The notes under the pieces: model-generated
Database searches by the model: none
What the model was told of the DNA's origin: nothing
The model's input: the letters and a program-made list of their open reading frames with translations, nothing else
DNA from: a virus
Virus record (IMG/VR): IMGVR_UViG_3300035661_000009
Coordinates: 1-64,000 of that record
Direction: 5' to 3' (one strand)
Length of the DNA: 64,000 nt
Shown: piece after piece, positions 1-9,175 of the stretch
How the letters are laid out: each line of letters opens with the position of its first letter
Position numbering within the stretch: the first letter of the stretch is position 1
Translations under genes and position numbers: made by a program

Positions 1-1475
1 GATCGCTGTTCTTTGTCCATTGCTTGTTTAAATTCTGGTATTCCTTGAATGCCTTCTTTTTCCATACTTTTATAAGCCATATCCAATAAATTTCTTTGAA
101 TGTTTTGTATATGTGGGCGTGCCATTCTTACGCCTTCTGGAGTTTTGATCCCCCATAGACGAGCGTCCATAGCATGTGAATTTTCATGAAGTTTAGTACC
201 AATTACATCGTTTGGATCTTTTATCCTATTTAAAGCCCGTTCATAAGTCTTTGGATCGGGTTTTTTACCATTTTCTAAATCTAAATTATATTTCTCTCTA
301 ATAGCGGCGGCGCGCATATCTTCATTCAAAGCATATCCGGTCGTCGGTTGACGTATTCCCCAAGCACTTTCTAAGGCTTTTTCTGGAATTTTTTTGCCAG
401 TATTTATTTGTTCTTCTTGGTTGGGAACCCCTAAATACGCCTGTGCGTGTTTATTTCCAAGTGCCCGGTAATCTTCATCGCCTGGAATTTGGAAATCATT
501 TAACTTCTTTTCATTATCGACAATAGTTGGCTTGCCGCCAGCAGGATCTGGTGTTATAGTTCTAGTAGAGATAGGGCCGATAATCGGAGTATCTCGTCTG
601 TCGTCGCCTTTAGGTGAATGGGCAGTACCTAGTAATCCAGCCCATTTTGGTGCAGACTGTATCTTTTCAAGCTCTGATTTCTTAATGCCTAGTTGCTGAG
701 CAATTTTATCAAAACCTGCCTGCAACGCTGGCGAAATAGATGGATTAGCTTGAGGTTTCTTCTTAAGCCACGGTTTTTCTAACTTACTTTTCTTCCATGC
801 TTGGACATATGGATCGTTAGCAATTAGATCTGGATCTTTAGCAAAGTCTTGCTTAGCTTTATTTATACCATGTCGCCAACCATAAGCAGTGACATCGGGA
901 TTTTGGGTTTCATTTAGATTCCCACTCCATGTACTTCGGCCCAATTCATTGTAAAAGTCGGGGTCTGACTTGAACTTCTTGATAAAATCGGTCTTACTAG
1001 CTATATCGGTGTACTTACCTTGTAATCTTTGACTATTTTTATAAGTATCAAAGGCGACCATTGGCTTTAAGCCGACTGGACCATGGGCTGTATTCCAATC
1101 TGTCAGATTTTTAGCATGATTCATGTTACTTCCATATTGAGTTTCATTTATGGAAATAGCTTTAAGATCATCATTTAATCCTTCTGGCTTAAATTGGGGT
1201 TCAGCTTCAAACGTGTCTGGCTCATTTTCAGAATTCGTTTGTAAAAATTTAGGTTTGACCGGAGCAGCCATAGCCGCTGGCTTAATCTTAGATTGGCCCG
1301 GAGCGTTAATTGCGTTAATTGTAGGCTTATTTACCTCACCTACTGGCTTTTGAGGCGGGGTTGACCCACCTGCTCCTAATGTTAAGTGAGCGGCTAACAA
1401 AGCAGCACTACCGAACCCCTTTTCCAAGGATTCGGCTTGATTCAAAAGGTCTTTTAATTCCTTCTTTTTAGACAT
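1..1475 (-). CDS. Virion/head-associated multidomain protein with lysozyme-like (SLT-like) domain and HExxH zincin motif; 3' end runs off window (>=491 aa); absent from ORF track
   Basis: Hand-translated open frame from ATG 1475 (overlaps stop of neck gene) to window edge: MSKKKELKDLLNQAESLEKG...KAISINETQYG...AHGPVGLKPMVA...AYGWRHG...KLHENSHAMD. Confidence 0.7.
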   Translation of the reverse strand, partial: MSKKKELKDLLNQAESLEKGFGSAALLAAHLTLGAGGSTPPQKPVGEVNKPTINAINAPGQSKIKPAAMAAPVKPKFLQTNSENEPDTFEAEPQFKPEGLNDDLKAISINETQYGSNMNHAKNLTDWNTAHGPVGLKPMVAFDTYKNSQRLQGKYTDIASKTDFIKKFKSDPDFYNELGRSTWSGNLNETQNPDVTAYGWRHGINKAKQDFAKDPDLIANDPYVQAWKKSKLEKPWLKKKPQANPSISPALQAGFDKIAQQLGIKKSELEKIQSAPKWAGLLGTAHSPKGDDRRDTPIIGPISTRTITPDPAGGKPTIVDNEKKLNDFQIPGDEDYRALGNKHAQAYLGVPNQEEQINTGKKIPEKALESAWGIRQPTTGYALNEDMRAAAIREKYNLDLENGKKPDPKTYERALNRIKDPNDVIGTKLHENSHAMDARLWGIKTPEGVRMARPHIQNIQRNLLDMAYKSMEKEGIQGIPEFKQAMDKEQR

Positions 1476-2316
1476 TTGAGCTAAAAACTCCTAATCCATA
1501 AAGATTCTTGAGTCTTCGAACGATTCCATCACGCTTTTGCATTAGGTAGTCAATCTTCCCTTGGTATTGTGCTGGACCCGGAGTAGAAACACTTTGACTA
1601 GTTCCATCAATTGACATACTATAACTCTGTGCGCGGTTCGTTACTTGAAGTGAATTCAAAACTTCCAAAGCTGCATTACAACCAATTACTTCATTCATTA
1701 CCTTAGGTACTGTTCCACCGGGAAATCCAGTGGTGTAAGTAACTCTTACAAACGCCGGAACCCATGATAAGCCCGACATTATATTTAGATATGCAGACCC
1801 TGAGCCTGTTTGCCCTACGCTAGTTCCCATGACATATCCGCCAGCTATTGCCGGAACGAACGGAATTAGGTTTATTTGACCCTTATGAAAGTTAGCTGAT
1901 TCTACCCAATCGAGATTAACGGCAAATATGTCATCCCCAGTAGGAGGTGTGAACGCTAGTTTTTCAACGCTATGGACCGGTCGGTGTTCGACTTTTATAT
2001 ATCCATAACTCGCCCAGAAATTTCTGTCAAATGGGTGTTTTTCATCGTATTGAACTGGAAATATGTTTAATCCAGTTTGAAGTTCGGCTTCGGCTACAGC
2101 TCTTTCAATAAAATCTTTAAGATCATCACCAGTTAATTCGTCTCTTTGACCTGTAATTGGGTTAATTGTATATGAAACGAGCGGAATTCCAAACAGGAAT
2201 CGCTTCATTAGTTGTTCTGGAGTAATTAAAGGCTCTACTCGCTTCCATTCTTGTGCATCTACTGCTCTATCTGGGAATACTGAAGTAACTGCCTTACTTG
2301 TTGTATAGTCAGCCAT
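1468..2316 (-). CDS. Head-tail adaptor / neck protein
   Basis: 282 aa downstream of capsid genes; pattern (FIERAVAEAE, E-K-H-x-F-D, V-x-Y-T-T-G-F-P, SYSMSIDGTSQSVST) resembles neck proteins of large myoviruses. Confidence 0.65.
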   Translation of the reverse strand: MADYTTSKAVTSVFPDRAVDAQEWKRVEPLITPEQLMKRFLFGIPLVSYTINPITGQRDELTGDDLKDFIERAVAEAELQTGLNIFPVQYDEKHPFDRNFWASYGYIKVEHRPVHSVEKLAFTPPTGDDIFAVNLDWVESANFHKGQINLIPFVPAIAGGYVMGTSVGQTGSGSAYLNIMSGLSWVPAFVRVTYTTGFPGGTVPKVMNEVIGCNAALEVLNSLQVTNRAQSYSMSIDGTSQSVSTPGPAQYQGKIDYLMQKRDGIVRRLKNLYGLGVFSSNV

Positions 2317-2328
2317 TTTAGCTCCTTA

Positions 2329-2745
2329 TTAACAACGTGACCCAATTTGGGAGCCAATATTGATTACATTACTTACCATGGCAGAGGTGGTCTTGCTTCC
2401 TTCAGTTAAGGCTAGCTGAAGACTAAAAGTGCCAGAAACTATAGGATCAGTAGAAAGGATGCTTATAGCCCAAATACTAGGGTCGTTAGCAAATGGTTGC
2501 GTAGCCACCTTAACTACGGTGTTTACTGCATTTATGTTTTGTATAGTAGCTGTTAATACAGCACCAGTAGCTGGCATATAGCGCTTCCCACTGGGGCGGT
2601 TCTTGAGTACGTCCTTATCTTTATCAAGGTCTATTAGCTGTAGATATAACGTAGGTGTGTCCCCTTGAGACAGGCGGTAAACATCTCCGTATTCCCAAGT
2701 GTTTACGTCTGCGACGTTTAATAAAACTCTACCAGTTAGGTACAT
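2329..2745 (-). CDS. Putative virion structural protein (beta-rich, 138 aa)
   Basis: GGAG RBS; preceded by putative late promoter motif; adjacent to neck gene. Confidence 0.5.
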   Translation of the reverse strand: MYLTGRVLLNVADVNTWEYGDVYRLSQGDTPTLYLQLIDLDKDKDVLKNRPSGKRYMPATGAVLTATIQNINAVNTVVKVATQPFANDPSIWAISILSTDPIVSGTFSLQLALTEGSKTTSAMVSNVINIGSQIGSRC

Positions 2746-2761
2746 AGCAATCTCCAGCTTT

Positions 2762-2772
2762 AAAGATTGTTA
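2762..2772 (-). promoter_or_regulatory. Putative phage late promoter TAACAATCTTT
   Basis: Identical 11-mer at 16161-16171; both lie 16-17 nt upstream of structural gene starts. Confidence 0.55.
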
Positions 2773-2931
2773 TTTTAAGAGTTTTGAGTCTTTAAGGTAG
2801 TGCATAAGAGCGGCAAACCCACAAACTACAGCCATAAGCATATAATACCATTGATTGCCTGTGTGTAGATACACATGTATATATGCTTGAGTTACATTAA
2901 GGATCACGCACCCTATCATTACCCAAAACAT
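2770..2931 (-). CDS. Small two-helix membrane protein (53 aa); absent from ORF track
   Basis: MFWVMIGCVILNVTQAYIHVYLHTGNQWYYMLMAVVCGFAALMHYLKDSKLLK; TAATG coupling with upstream gene; fills the gap exactly. Confidence 0.6.
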   Translation of the reverse strand: MFWVMIGCVILNVTQAYIHVYLHTGNQWYYMLMAVVCGFAALMHYLKDSKLLK

Positions 2932-3344
2932 TAAATTGGTCCGATCCGGGGGTCTGTATCCCTATTTCTATTAAGAATTAGGTTATAGACGTGATAAGAG
3001 GTCGCTTTTGGGGCACCACCGTGGCTTGGAGACGTGACATAATGCCCATGAAGGTGTGGATATAGCCTCTTGCCTTCTATTTCTAAATCAAGGCGCTCAG
3101 GCGTCTCATAGTCTATAAATAGCTCAGCATAGATCGACTTGCCTTCCTTATGAAGAGTCGCACAGCCAATTATATTGCCTGCGTCACCAATTACTGAAAC
3201 GACCGGCTCACAGACGATTTTACAGTGCTCGAAGTTGGCCCGGCGCTCCAATTGGTGCTCATTGTCAAATATAAATACCTCGGTCTTGATAGTATACGTC
3301 TTTACATCGTTTCCGTTAATAACTCTTACGTCGTCTAGGTTCAT
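2931..3344 (-). CDS. Hypothetical protein
   Basis: 137 aa; TAATG coupling; GGGAG RBS; extended -10 TGATATAAT at 3372-3380. Confidence 0.6.
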   Translation of the reverse strand: MNLDDVRVINGNDVKTYTIKTEVFIFDNEHQLERRANFEHCKIVCEPVVSVIGDAGNIIGCATLHKEGKSIYAELFIDYETPERLDLEIEGKRLYPHLHGHYVTSPSHGGAPKATSYHVYNLILNRNRDTDPRIGPI

Positions 3345-3691
3345 TACGCAGTTGCTCCCTTTTGCGTGGCCATTATATCATAAGGAACGTGGCCTGCATA
3401 GGAGACGAGTTCGAACCAAGTGTTCATTTTAATAAAAAATTCGTTGTCGGACATTAAATCTTCATGAAGTTTATCTTGAATATAATTTTTACTTATAGTT
3501 AAATAAAGATTAATTGATTCATCTATAAAACCACTTATAGAATATTCGTAAACTAATGAACAAAGACCTTTTGAATGAGCCATTTTAGAGATCTTATTTT
3601 TATTTAGATCGGAGTCTAATGTAATTTTAGCGGTCTCTAGTTCTTTTTTGTCCTTATTATACATGGTTAATAGATTGGTATCGATTGCCAT
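3344..3691 (-). CDS. Hypothetical protein
   Basis: 115 aa; GGAGG RBS; overlaps end of dNMP kinase gene. Confidence 0.6.
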   Translation of the reverse strand: MAIDTNLLTMYNKDKKELETAKITLDSDLNKNKISKMAHSKGLCSLVYEYSISGFIDESINLYLTISKNYIQDKLHEDLMSDNEFFIKMNTWFELVSYAGHVPYDIMATQKGATA

Positions 3692-4464
3692 TTTGGGAAT
3701 ACCTCCGCAAAGGCTTTGACGACCTGAACCTCTAGATAGGAGAGACTATCTTTCCTGTTAAGGATGATTAAATCAAATAAGTTTTTATTGATTAAATCTA
3801 CGTTTTCAGATACATGAGTATTGGCTTCTGGCGAAACCGGATTTTCTACCTTAATTATAGCTGATCCAATGGAGGCCAACGCTATTACTTCGTTTGGAAA
3901 CCGAGCGTCTGTGATTATAACAAACGGACAGCAATATTTAGCATCAGTTGGTATAAGGCCAATATTCTGATTGTATTTCCAACCACCAGATAGTAACTTA
4001 ATTGCCGTATCTTTAGTAAAATCGACCCATACATTGGAAGAAATTGATCTACCCCACTCCGTACCTAAATATTGAAGTACAACTCTTGGGGAGATTGTTG
4101 CTTCGAACTTTTTCATCAATTGCGGAAGTACATTCTTGCGTAATATATCAAGAGCTTTCATGTAATCGGGACCAAACACCTTCTTAATCTCTTCGTTTAA
4201 GAGATGGTGAGCTACGATTTCATAGTTTACCTCTTTCCAGACCTTGGCCCTAGTATCTGGGTTTAAAAATCTAGGATCTATTTGATCTCTGTTTTGTGAT
4301 GGGCCCCATAATTGATCATCGGAAAAAGAAAAAAGAATTTTAACTATACGTTTAAGCGGGTCGGCAAAAGCTATTGTAGTGCCACTAGTCATTAAAGATA
4401 ATATTGCTCCAACTGAGTCTTTTCCGGCACCAGCTCTTCCAACTATTGTGATTATTGGTATCAT
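3667..4464 (-). CDS. Deoxynucleoside monophosphate kinase (T4 gp1-like)
   Basis: GRAGAGKD P-loop, FADPLK, PRVVLQYLGTEWGR, ITDARFPNE, HVSE motifs; start probably at 4464 (ATGA overlap with thyX). Confidence 0.88.
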   Translation of the reverse strand: MIPIITIVGRAGAGKDSVGAILSLMTSGTTIAFADPLKRIVKILFSFSDDQLWGPSQNRDQIDPRFLNPDTRAKVWKEVNYEIVAHHLLNEEIKKVFGPDYMKALDILRKNVLPQLMKKFEATISPRVVLQYLGTEWGRSISSNVWVDFTKDTAIKLLSGGWKYNQNIGLIPTDAKYCCPFVIITDARFPNEVIALASIGSAIIKVENPVSPEANTHVSENVDLINKNLFDLIILNRKDSLSYLEVQVVKAFAEVFPKWQSIPIY

Positions 4465-5126
4465 TCTGACCATCCTATGGCTTTACAGACATTAGGGAAG
4501 GTTGGGATCATCACATCTCTAATGATAGCATGAGCTATATCTGCGTGTTCTTTTTGAGTTCCATTCCCAGAACGAAGTTGAAGATAATGAACCCAGCTCC
4601 TGAGACTGCCGTTCATGAACATGGTTGTTTTAGTATTTAATGGAAGCAAAAACCTTGCTTGTTCTTTGGCAATCCCTTTTTCTAAAGACTTATTATAAAG
4701 ATCGATCGAATTATTCCATACTTGCATTTGAGCTTCAGCAAACCATTCTTGGTCTTCTTTAGGCATGTCGTCTATACTATTTTGACGATTTTTAATATCT
4801 TGACGACGAGCAGGATATGTTTCATAGTCGCTAACTACTGAATATCGTTGACTAAATTCTTGAAAAACAAATGAGCGGTGGCGTAGGACCTGAGCGGCTA
4901 TAGCCCGGCTAGTTTGGATTTCTACACAAAAATTGACCATTTCTAGTGGTGACCAATGCTTATTTTCAATTAAATATTTTAAAAGTTTTGGGGCGGTATC
5001 TAATTTGTCTTGGTTTTGTGGTGCCGAGACTCTTGCTGTATAACAAACCAGATCTTCAGCGGTCATTGATTGCCCATTTGGAGTGGTAATTGTCGGCTGT
5101 TGTAGTGAAATTAACTTAACTTTCAT
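4461..5126 (-). CDS. thyX: FAD-dependent thymidylate synthase
   Basis: HWSPLE, QVLRHRSFVFQEFSQRY signature, EQARFLLP, TQKEH. Confidence 0.95.
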   Translation of the reverse strand: MKVKLISLQQPTITTPNGQSMTAEDLVCYTARVSAPQNQDKLDTAPKLLKYLIENKHWSPLEMVNFCVEIQTSRAIAAQVLRHRSFVFQEFSQRYSVVSDYETYPARRQDIKNRQNSIDDMPKEDQEWFAEAQMQVWNNSIDLYNKSLEKGIAKEQARFLLPLNTKTTMFMNGSLRSWVHYLQLRSGNGTQKEHADIAHAIIRDVMIPTFPNVCKAIGWSE

Positions 5127-6208
5127 TTAGTGCTCATTCCATGTGGAGTGCCTTCTATGTGGCTAGCTCCGGTTATCAACATAAATCTCACTTTTTGGCG
5201 AAATTCGGTTAAGTTGTTGCTTCCGCTATAGCTAAGGGCCGACTTTAATCCGCCATTTAAGTTATTTACTACTAATGAAACGGGTCCTGTCATCGGTTTC
5301 ATTATCGCAACGCCTTCTGGGGTATAGTCAGTAGGTAACTCTGGGTCAAAATCTGACCTGGCTTCTCTGCTTGCCATACCTCTATAAATTTTTTGGCCTT
5401 GCATTATAGTTCCGGGAGCCTCGGTTGTAGTGGCGAACAGACTACCTATCATAACAGTGTCGGCGCCGAAAGCAAGGGCCTTAGCTATGTCGCCTGAATC
5501 ACGAATACCGCCATCAGCTATAAGATCGAATTTAAAATCTTTCTTTAATTCTGCTACTTCTGCTATAGCTGTGATTTGTGGCACTCCGTGGCCTGTAACG
5601 CGACGGGTGGTGCAAACGGCACCGGGACCTATACCTACCTTCAAAGCATCTGCACCGGCCTCTAACAGCCTTTTACCGCCTTCATAGGTGGCTACATTAC
5701 CTGCAATGATTTTGGCTGTTGGAAAATCTTTTTTAATAGCTGTTATAGTTTCTATCATTAACTTGCTATCGCCGTGGGCTATGTCAATACACAAGCCATC
5801 TGCCGTTTTATTTGCAATTAACCATGATCCTAAATTAACAGCTTCGGATCCGACGCCAATGCTTGCAATAACTATACCGCCATTTTGTTTAATTAGTTTT
5901 GCTTGATCTACAATAGCTTGAATATCTTGGTATCTATGTAAAATCCCTATACCACCAAGGTTATTCATAGCTATAGCCATGTTAGCCTCGGTTACGGTAT
6001 CCATATTAGCTGAGATAAGTGGATTTAACAGCTTAAATCCTAGCAAAGAAGTCGATATGTCTACGTTTTTGCGGGTCTCTACCTCAGAGTATTGAGGTTC
6101 GAGAAGCACGTCGTCGAATGTAATTGCTTGATTTAACTGGTTAATTTTTGATACTGGCTTAGCCGCATATTTGGGCTTGCGTTTAAAAAGATTGAAGGGC
6201 AGTTTCAT
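5123..6208 (-). CDS. IMP dehydrogenase / GMP reductase family protein (no CBS domains)
   Basis: [38 protein letters not shown] (catalytic Cys), ADGGIR, YRGMAS, PEGV. Confidence 0.93.
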   Translation of the reverse strand: MKLPFNLFKRKPKYAAKPVSKINQLNQAITFDDVLLEPQYSEVETRKNVDISTSLLGFKLLNPLISANMDTVTEANMAIAMNNLGGIGILHRYQDIQAIVDQAKLIKQNGGIVIASIGVGSEAVNLGSWLIANKTADGLCIDIAHGDSKLMIETITAIKKDFPTAKIIAGNVATYEGGKRLLEAGADALKVGIGPGAVCTTRRVTGHGVPQITAIAEVAELKKDFKFDLIADGGIRDSGDIAKALAFGADTVMIGSLFATTTEAPGTIMQGQKIYRGMASREARSDFDPELPTDYTPEGVAIMKPMTGPVSLVVNNLNGGLKSALSYSGSNNLTEFRQKVRFMLITGASHIEGTPHGMSTK

Positions 6209-6222
6209 ATTTCCTCACAGTC

Positions 6223-6231
6223 ATTATACCA
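6223..6231 (-). promoter_or_regulatory. Sigma70-type extended -10 promoter (TGGTATAAT) for the nucleotide-metabolism cassette
   Basis: TG-n-TATAAT 14 nt upstream of the GuaB-family ATG, followed by GAGGA RBS. Confidence 0.6.
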
Positions 6232-6254
6232 CAGGTTAAGATGACAACAACAAA

Positions 6255-6287
6255 TAAGAAAGCCCAGCATGGGGCTGGGCTTTCTTA
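6255..6287 (-). terminator. Intrinsic terminator ending the capsid operon
   Basis: Perfect 14-bp inverted repeat TAAGAAAGCCCAGC / GCTGGGCTTTCTTA with 5-nt loop; U-rich run on the minus strand. Confidence 0.85.
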
Positions 6288-6306
6288 CTACAGACTGTTT
6301 ATTTTA

Positions 6307-6655
6307 TTACCAGAGCGCTGAATCAGTTGCTGAGGTTAGAACGAGTGCTCTCATTACTAAGTAGACGTTGCCAACGACGCCAGCTACTGGTAGAGTGCCC
6401 GCAGTAGCTACTAGATATCCCAATACTGCACCGCCCGCTGAAGGAATCATTAATACTGAGTCACCTACAGCTAATGCACCGAAGTCGGTAGTTGTTGAAG
6501 TGCTGGTTCCCGTGATCTTAGCGACACAGGTTTGAGCAGATAGAGCAGCTACTAATGCACCTTGGTTTACGTTTGTAATTACTTCTGTGGCAGTAGCGGG
6601 GTCTATTGAGATAGCAGTAAGTACCCCTTTTTGCCTTTTGTGATAAATTAGCCAT
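6307..6655 (-). CDS. Putative capsid decoration protein (115 aa), split by a +1 frameshift at 6624-6632; absent from ORF track
   Basis: AAGGAG RBS + ATG 6655. Frame 0 stops at 6518. The +1 frame reads GVLTAISIDPATATEV...LTSATDSALW* with structural-protein composition. Span is 349 nt (3n+1). Confidence 0.7.
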
Positions 6656-6679
6656 TTTGTAGCTCCTTATCCTTAGTTA

Positions 6680-8092
6680 TTAAAACGCACCGATTAGTGA
6701 GTCAATTAGAACGTTCTTGCGTGGCTCCAGAACCGCTAAGCAGAGGAAACGGAAATGCGCTTCAGGCTGTGAAAGGTCAACTACCGCTAGTTTTAGACGG
6801 CTGTATGAAGCTAGTTCCTTTAATACCATTGTATCCTTTTCTACTAGGAATCCAGTGATACCACCGGGTAGACGGTTATTTAGGTCAAGGAATTGTACTG
6901 AAGCTCCCTTGTACGCTACACGACCTACTAACTTCGCAGTTGACGCCGCACCACCTGAGGCTGAGCGGAATACGTTGAAGAAACGTACAGTACCTGAACC
7001 AACGGCACAGGTTACTTGGATTTGCTGACCGGCAGTTAATGAAGCTGAGGTTACAGCCGCTGAAGGTGCTGATTCACCAATTTCATTTTCCGCAGTAATG
7101 TAATAAGTATAAGTCGCGCCAGCTAGGAATGAAGTTGACCCAGCTTGAGGAGTGACTGAAGAAATTGAGGGCGTACCGGGAGCGCCGTTACGAGTTCTCT
7201 TTTGCTTAGTTTGCGCTGATAGGAAGCGTGAAGCTTCTAGGGTGACAACGCCACCTGAAACTGCTTGCTTACCGATATCCGCACCAGTGGTAGGCTCAGA
7301 AGCTGAGTTACCAAGAACAATGCGTTCCTTACCGGCATAGCTGTTCTTTGAGTAAGCTGATAGAACTAGAGGATCTATATAAAGCTTATCTGCCGATCCC
7401 ATGTTCATTAGACCACGAACCCAAGCATCTTCAATCATTGACTGGGTTAGAACACCACCACCAGCTATAATAACTGAAAGGTTTGAACCAAACGCGTCAA
7501 ACATTAGGTCTTGAGTGTTGGTTTGTGAGTCTGAAATACGAACTTGCGCATCTAGACCAACCATGTTAGGCATACGGTCTGGGAACGCTAGCGGGTTACC
7601 ATCGAAAACACCCGCGTTTGAGAAGTCGCCCTTACCACGGAAAATATCAAATTCGACATCGCCAGCGATTTTCTTCGCGCCTGATTGCGCTTCACGATCT
7701 TCCGCCTTAACGCCATCTTGAGTCTCTGCCATATTAGCAGCTAGAGTTACTCGACGAATGTGGCTGTAATAAGCCATCGGAACAACCGCGCGCACGAAGT
7801 CTGAGGTCTCTTCTGACCCTACTTGACCTTCGTGTTGCGCTGAACCGCCAAAGATACCATATGATAGCTGGCGATTGAATTGTACCAATTGACCCTTAGA
7901 CTTTTCCACCTTAACTTCTTTTTGAAGTTTGATGTGCTTGTCTTGGAAGGTGACGTTGTGCATTACAGGTGAAACATCTTCTACCTGTAGGGCGCTGCCT
8001 TGCACGAGTGAACCGGGAGAACCTGCATATGAGCCCAATTCTAGTGCCTTAACTAGATCTTCAATTTTGTTTAAAAGGTTTGTACCTGACAT
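6680..8092 (-). CDS. Major capsid protein (Herelleviridae-like, with FN3-like insertion)
   Basis: N-terminal KAL..G....PGSL..GSALQVEDV, then EFDIFRG and GLDAQV; insertion PGTP...YTYYITAENEIGESAPS; lies after scaffold; strong RBS. Confidence 0.9.
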   Translation of the reverse strand: MSGTNLLNKIEDLVKALELGSYAGSPGSLVQGSALQVEDVSPVMHNVTFQDKHIKLQKEVKVEKSKGQLVQFNRQLSYGIFGGSAQHEGQVGSEETSDFVRAVVPMAYYSHIRRVTLAANMAETQDGVKAEDREAQSGAKKIAGDVEFDIFRGKGDFSNAGVFDGNPLAFPDRMPNMVGLDAQVRISDSQTNTQDLMFDAFGSNLSVIIAGGGVLTQSMIEDAWVRGLMNMGSADKLYIDPLVLSAYSKNSYAGKERIVLGNSASEPTTGADIGKQAVSGGVVTLEASRFLSAQTKQKRTRNGAPGTPSISSVTPQAGSTSFLAGATYTYYITAENEIGESAPSAAVTSASLTAGQQIQVTCAVGSGTVRFFNVFRSASGGAASTAKLVGRVAYKGASVQFLDLNNRLPGGITGFLVEKDTMVLKELASYSRLKLAVVDLSQPEAHFRFLCLAVLEPRKNVLIDSLIGAF

Positions 8093-8107
8093 ACTTTATT
8101 CTCCTGG

Positions 8108-9145
8108 TTACTTCAGTAAGTGTGAAATTTCATTTACATCTACATCGCCTGCAAGAACGTATCGATTAATTAAATCTCGGTCCGATTTCTTCAAATCATT
8201 GCTTTGGGCTACTTGATTTAACTTCTTTAATACATCTTTGCGATTCATTGATACTGGCTTAGGCTTCTCTAATTCCGACTTGGCTACGAATTGAGCCATT
8301 GAAGTAAACGCCTTTTGTTGCGGGCGAGTAATCATCGTTTCTAGTAAACCCGTTAATCCAGCTAATTGTCTTTCTAATGAAGCAACCTTTTCATCGGTTG
8401 CTTTCTTTAGCTCATCAGCCCATACTGGAGCTTCTGAAGCTTGTAATTGTTCTGGCGGACCACCGGCACCCATTTCTGGAGGCATTCCGCCTGCACCCGG
8501 AGGGCCACCGGCTGGTGAGCCTGAGGCTTCTGGAGGCATTCCGCCTGCACCCGGAGGGCCACCTGCACCTTGATCTGGTGAAGGAGCACCCGGAGCCGCT
8601 GGAGCGCCTGCTCCACCGCTCATACGTTGCATAACTACCGCTCGGAGAGCTTCATAGTGCATTTGTAATTGATCATCAGGAAGCGCAGCATAAGCTTGTT
8701 CTAGAGTTTGTTCATCCCCTTGTTGCTGTTCTGGGGATTCTTGTCCGGGAGGAGCTTCTGCACCTTCTTCGCCACCATCTGCTGGCGGGGTTTCTGATTC
8801 TCCACCACCTTCTGACGCGCCTTCTGATGCACTTTCGCCACCCATATCGGGAGAACCTTCTGGAGCCGAACCTTCTTTCTCTAATTCAAGTTGTTCTGCG
8901 TCTTTCTTAAGACCGCCCTTATTCTCATGAACAATTTGACCTTCTTTGCCCATTTTGGGAGCTTTGTCGTGTAAAATTTGTGCATGACCGGAACTAGCTT
9001 GGCCGACTTCATGGCCACTTGAGCGTTGTCCGCCTGATTCAGCTGATGGATATTGTTTTCCACCTTCTGACTTTAATAGTTCGGGAAGATCCGTTCGGAG
9101 TTCTTCAATAAGTGAGTTAATTTCGTCGTCGGTATATGATTTCAT
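8108..9145 (-). CDS. Head scaffolding protein
   Basis: Acidic, low-complexity G/P/A/E sequence with coiled coil; many L-x-K-[S/A/D] sites; directly upstream of major capsid gene. Confidence 0.7.
   Translation of the reverse strand: MKSYTDDEINSLIEELRTDLPELLKSEGGKQYPSAESGGQRSSGHEVGQASSGHAQILHDKAPKMGKEGQIVHENKGGLKKDAEQLELEKEGSAPEGSPDMGGESASEGASEGGGESETPPADGGEEGAEAPPGQESPEQQQGDEQTLEQAYAALPDDQLQMHYEALRAVVMQRMSGGAGAPAAPGAPSPDQGAGGPPGAGGMPPEASGSPAGGPPGAGGMPPEMGAGGPPEQLQASEAPVWADELKKATDEKVASLERQLAGLTGLLETMITRPQQKAFTSMAQFVAKSELEKPKPVSMNRKDVLKKLNQVAQSNDLKKSDRDLINRYVLAGDVDVNEISHLLK
8474..8563. repeat. 36-bp perfect direct repeat (GGPPGAGGMPPE x2) in scaffold gene
   Basis: Copies at 8474-8509 and 8528-8563. 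Confidence 0.9.
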
Positions 9146-9175
9146 ATAACCTCCTTTTTTTGAGAATCAACTCAA

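Noticed and set aside
6518-6655. 45-aa Cys/Arg-rich frame-0 peptide after the capsid gene
   Set aside because: Composition is what an off-frame read of Ala/Thr/Val codons gives; the +1 frame is the coherent one.
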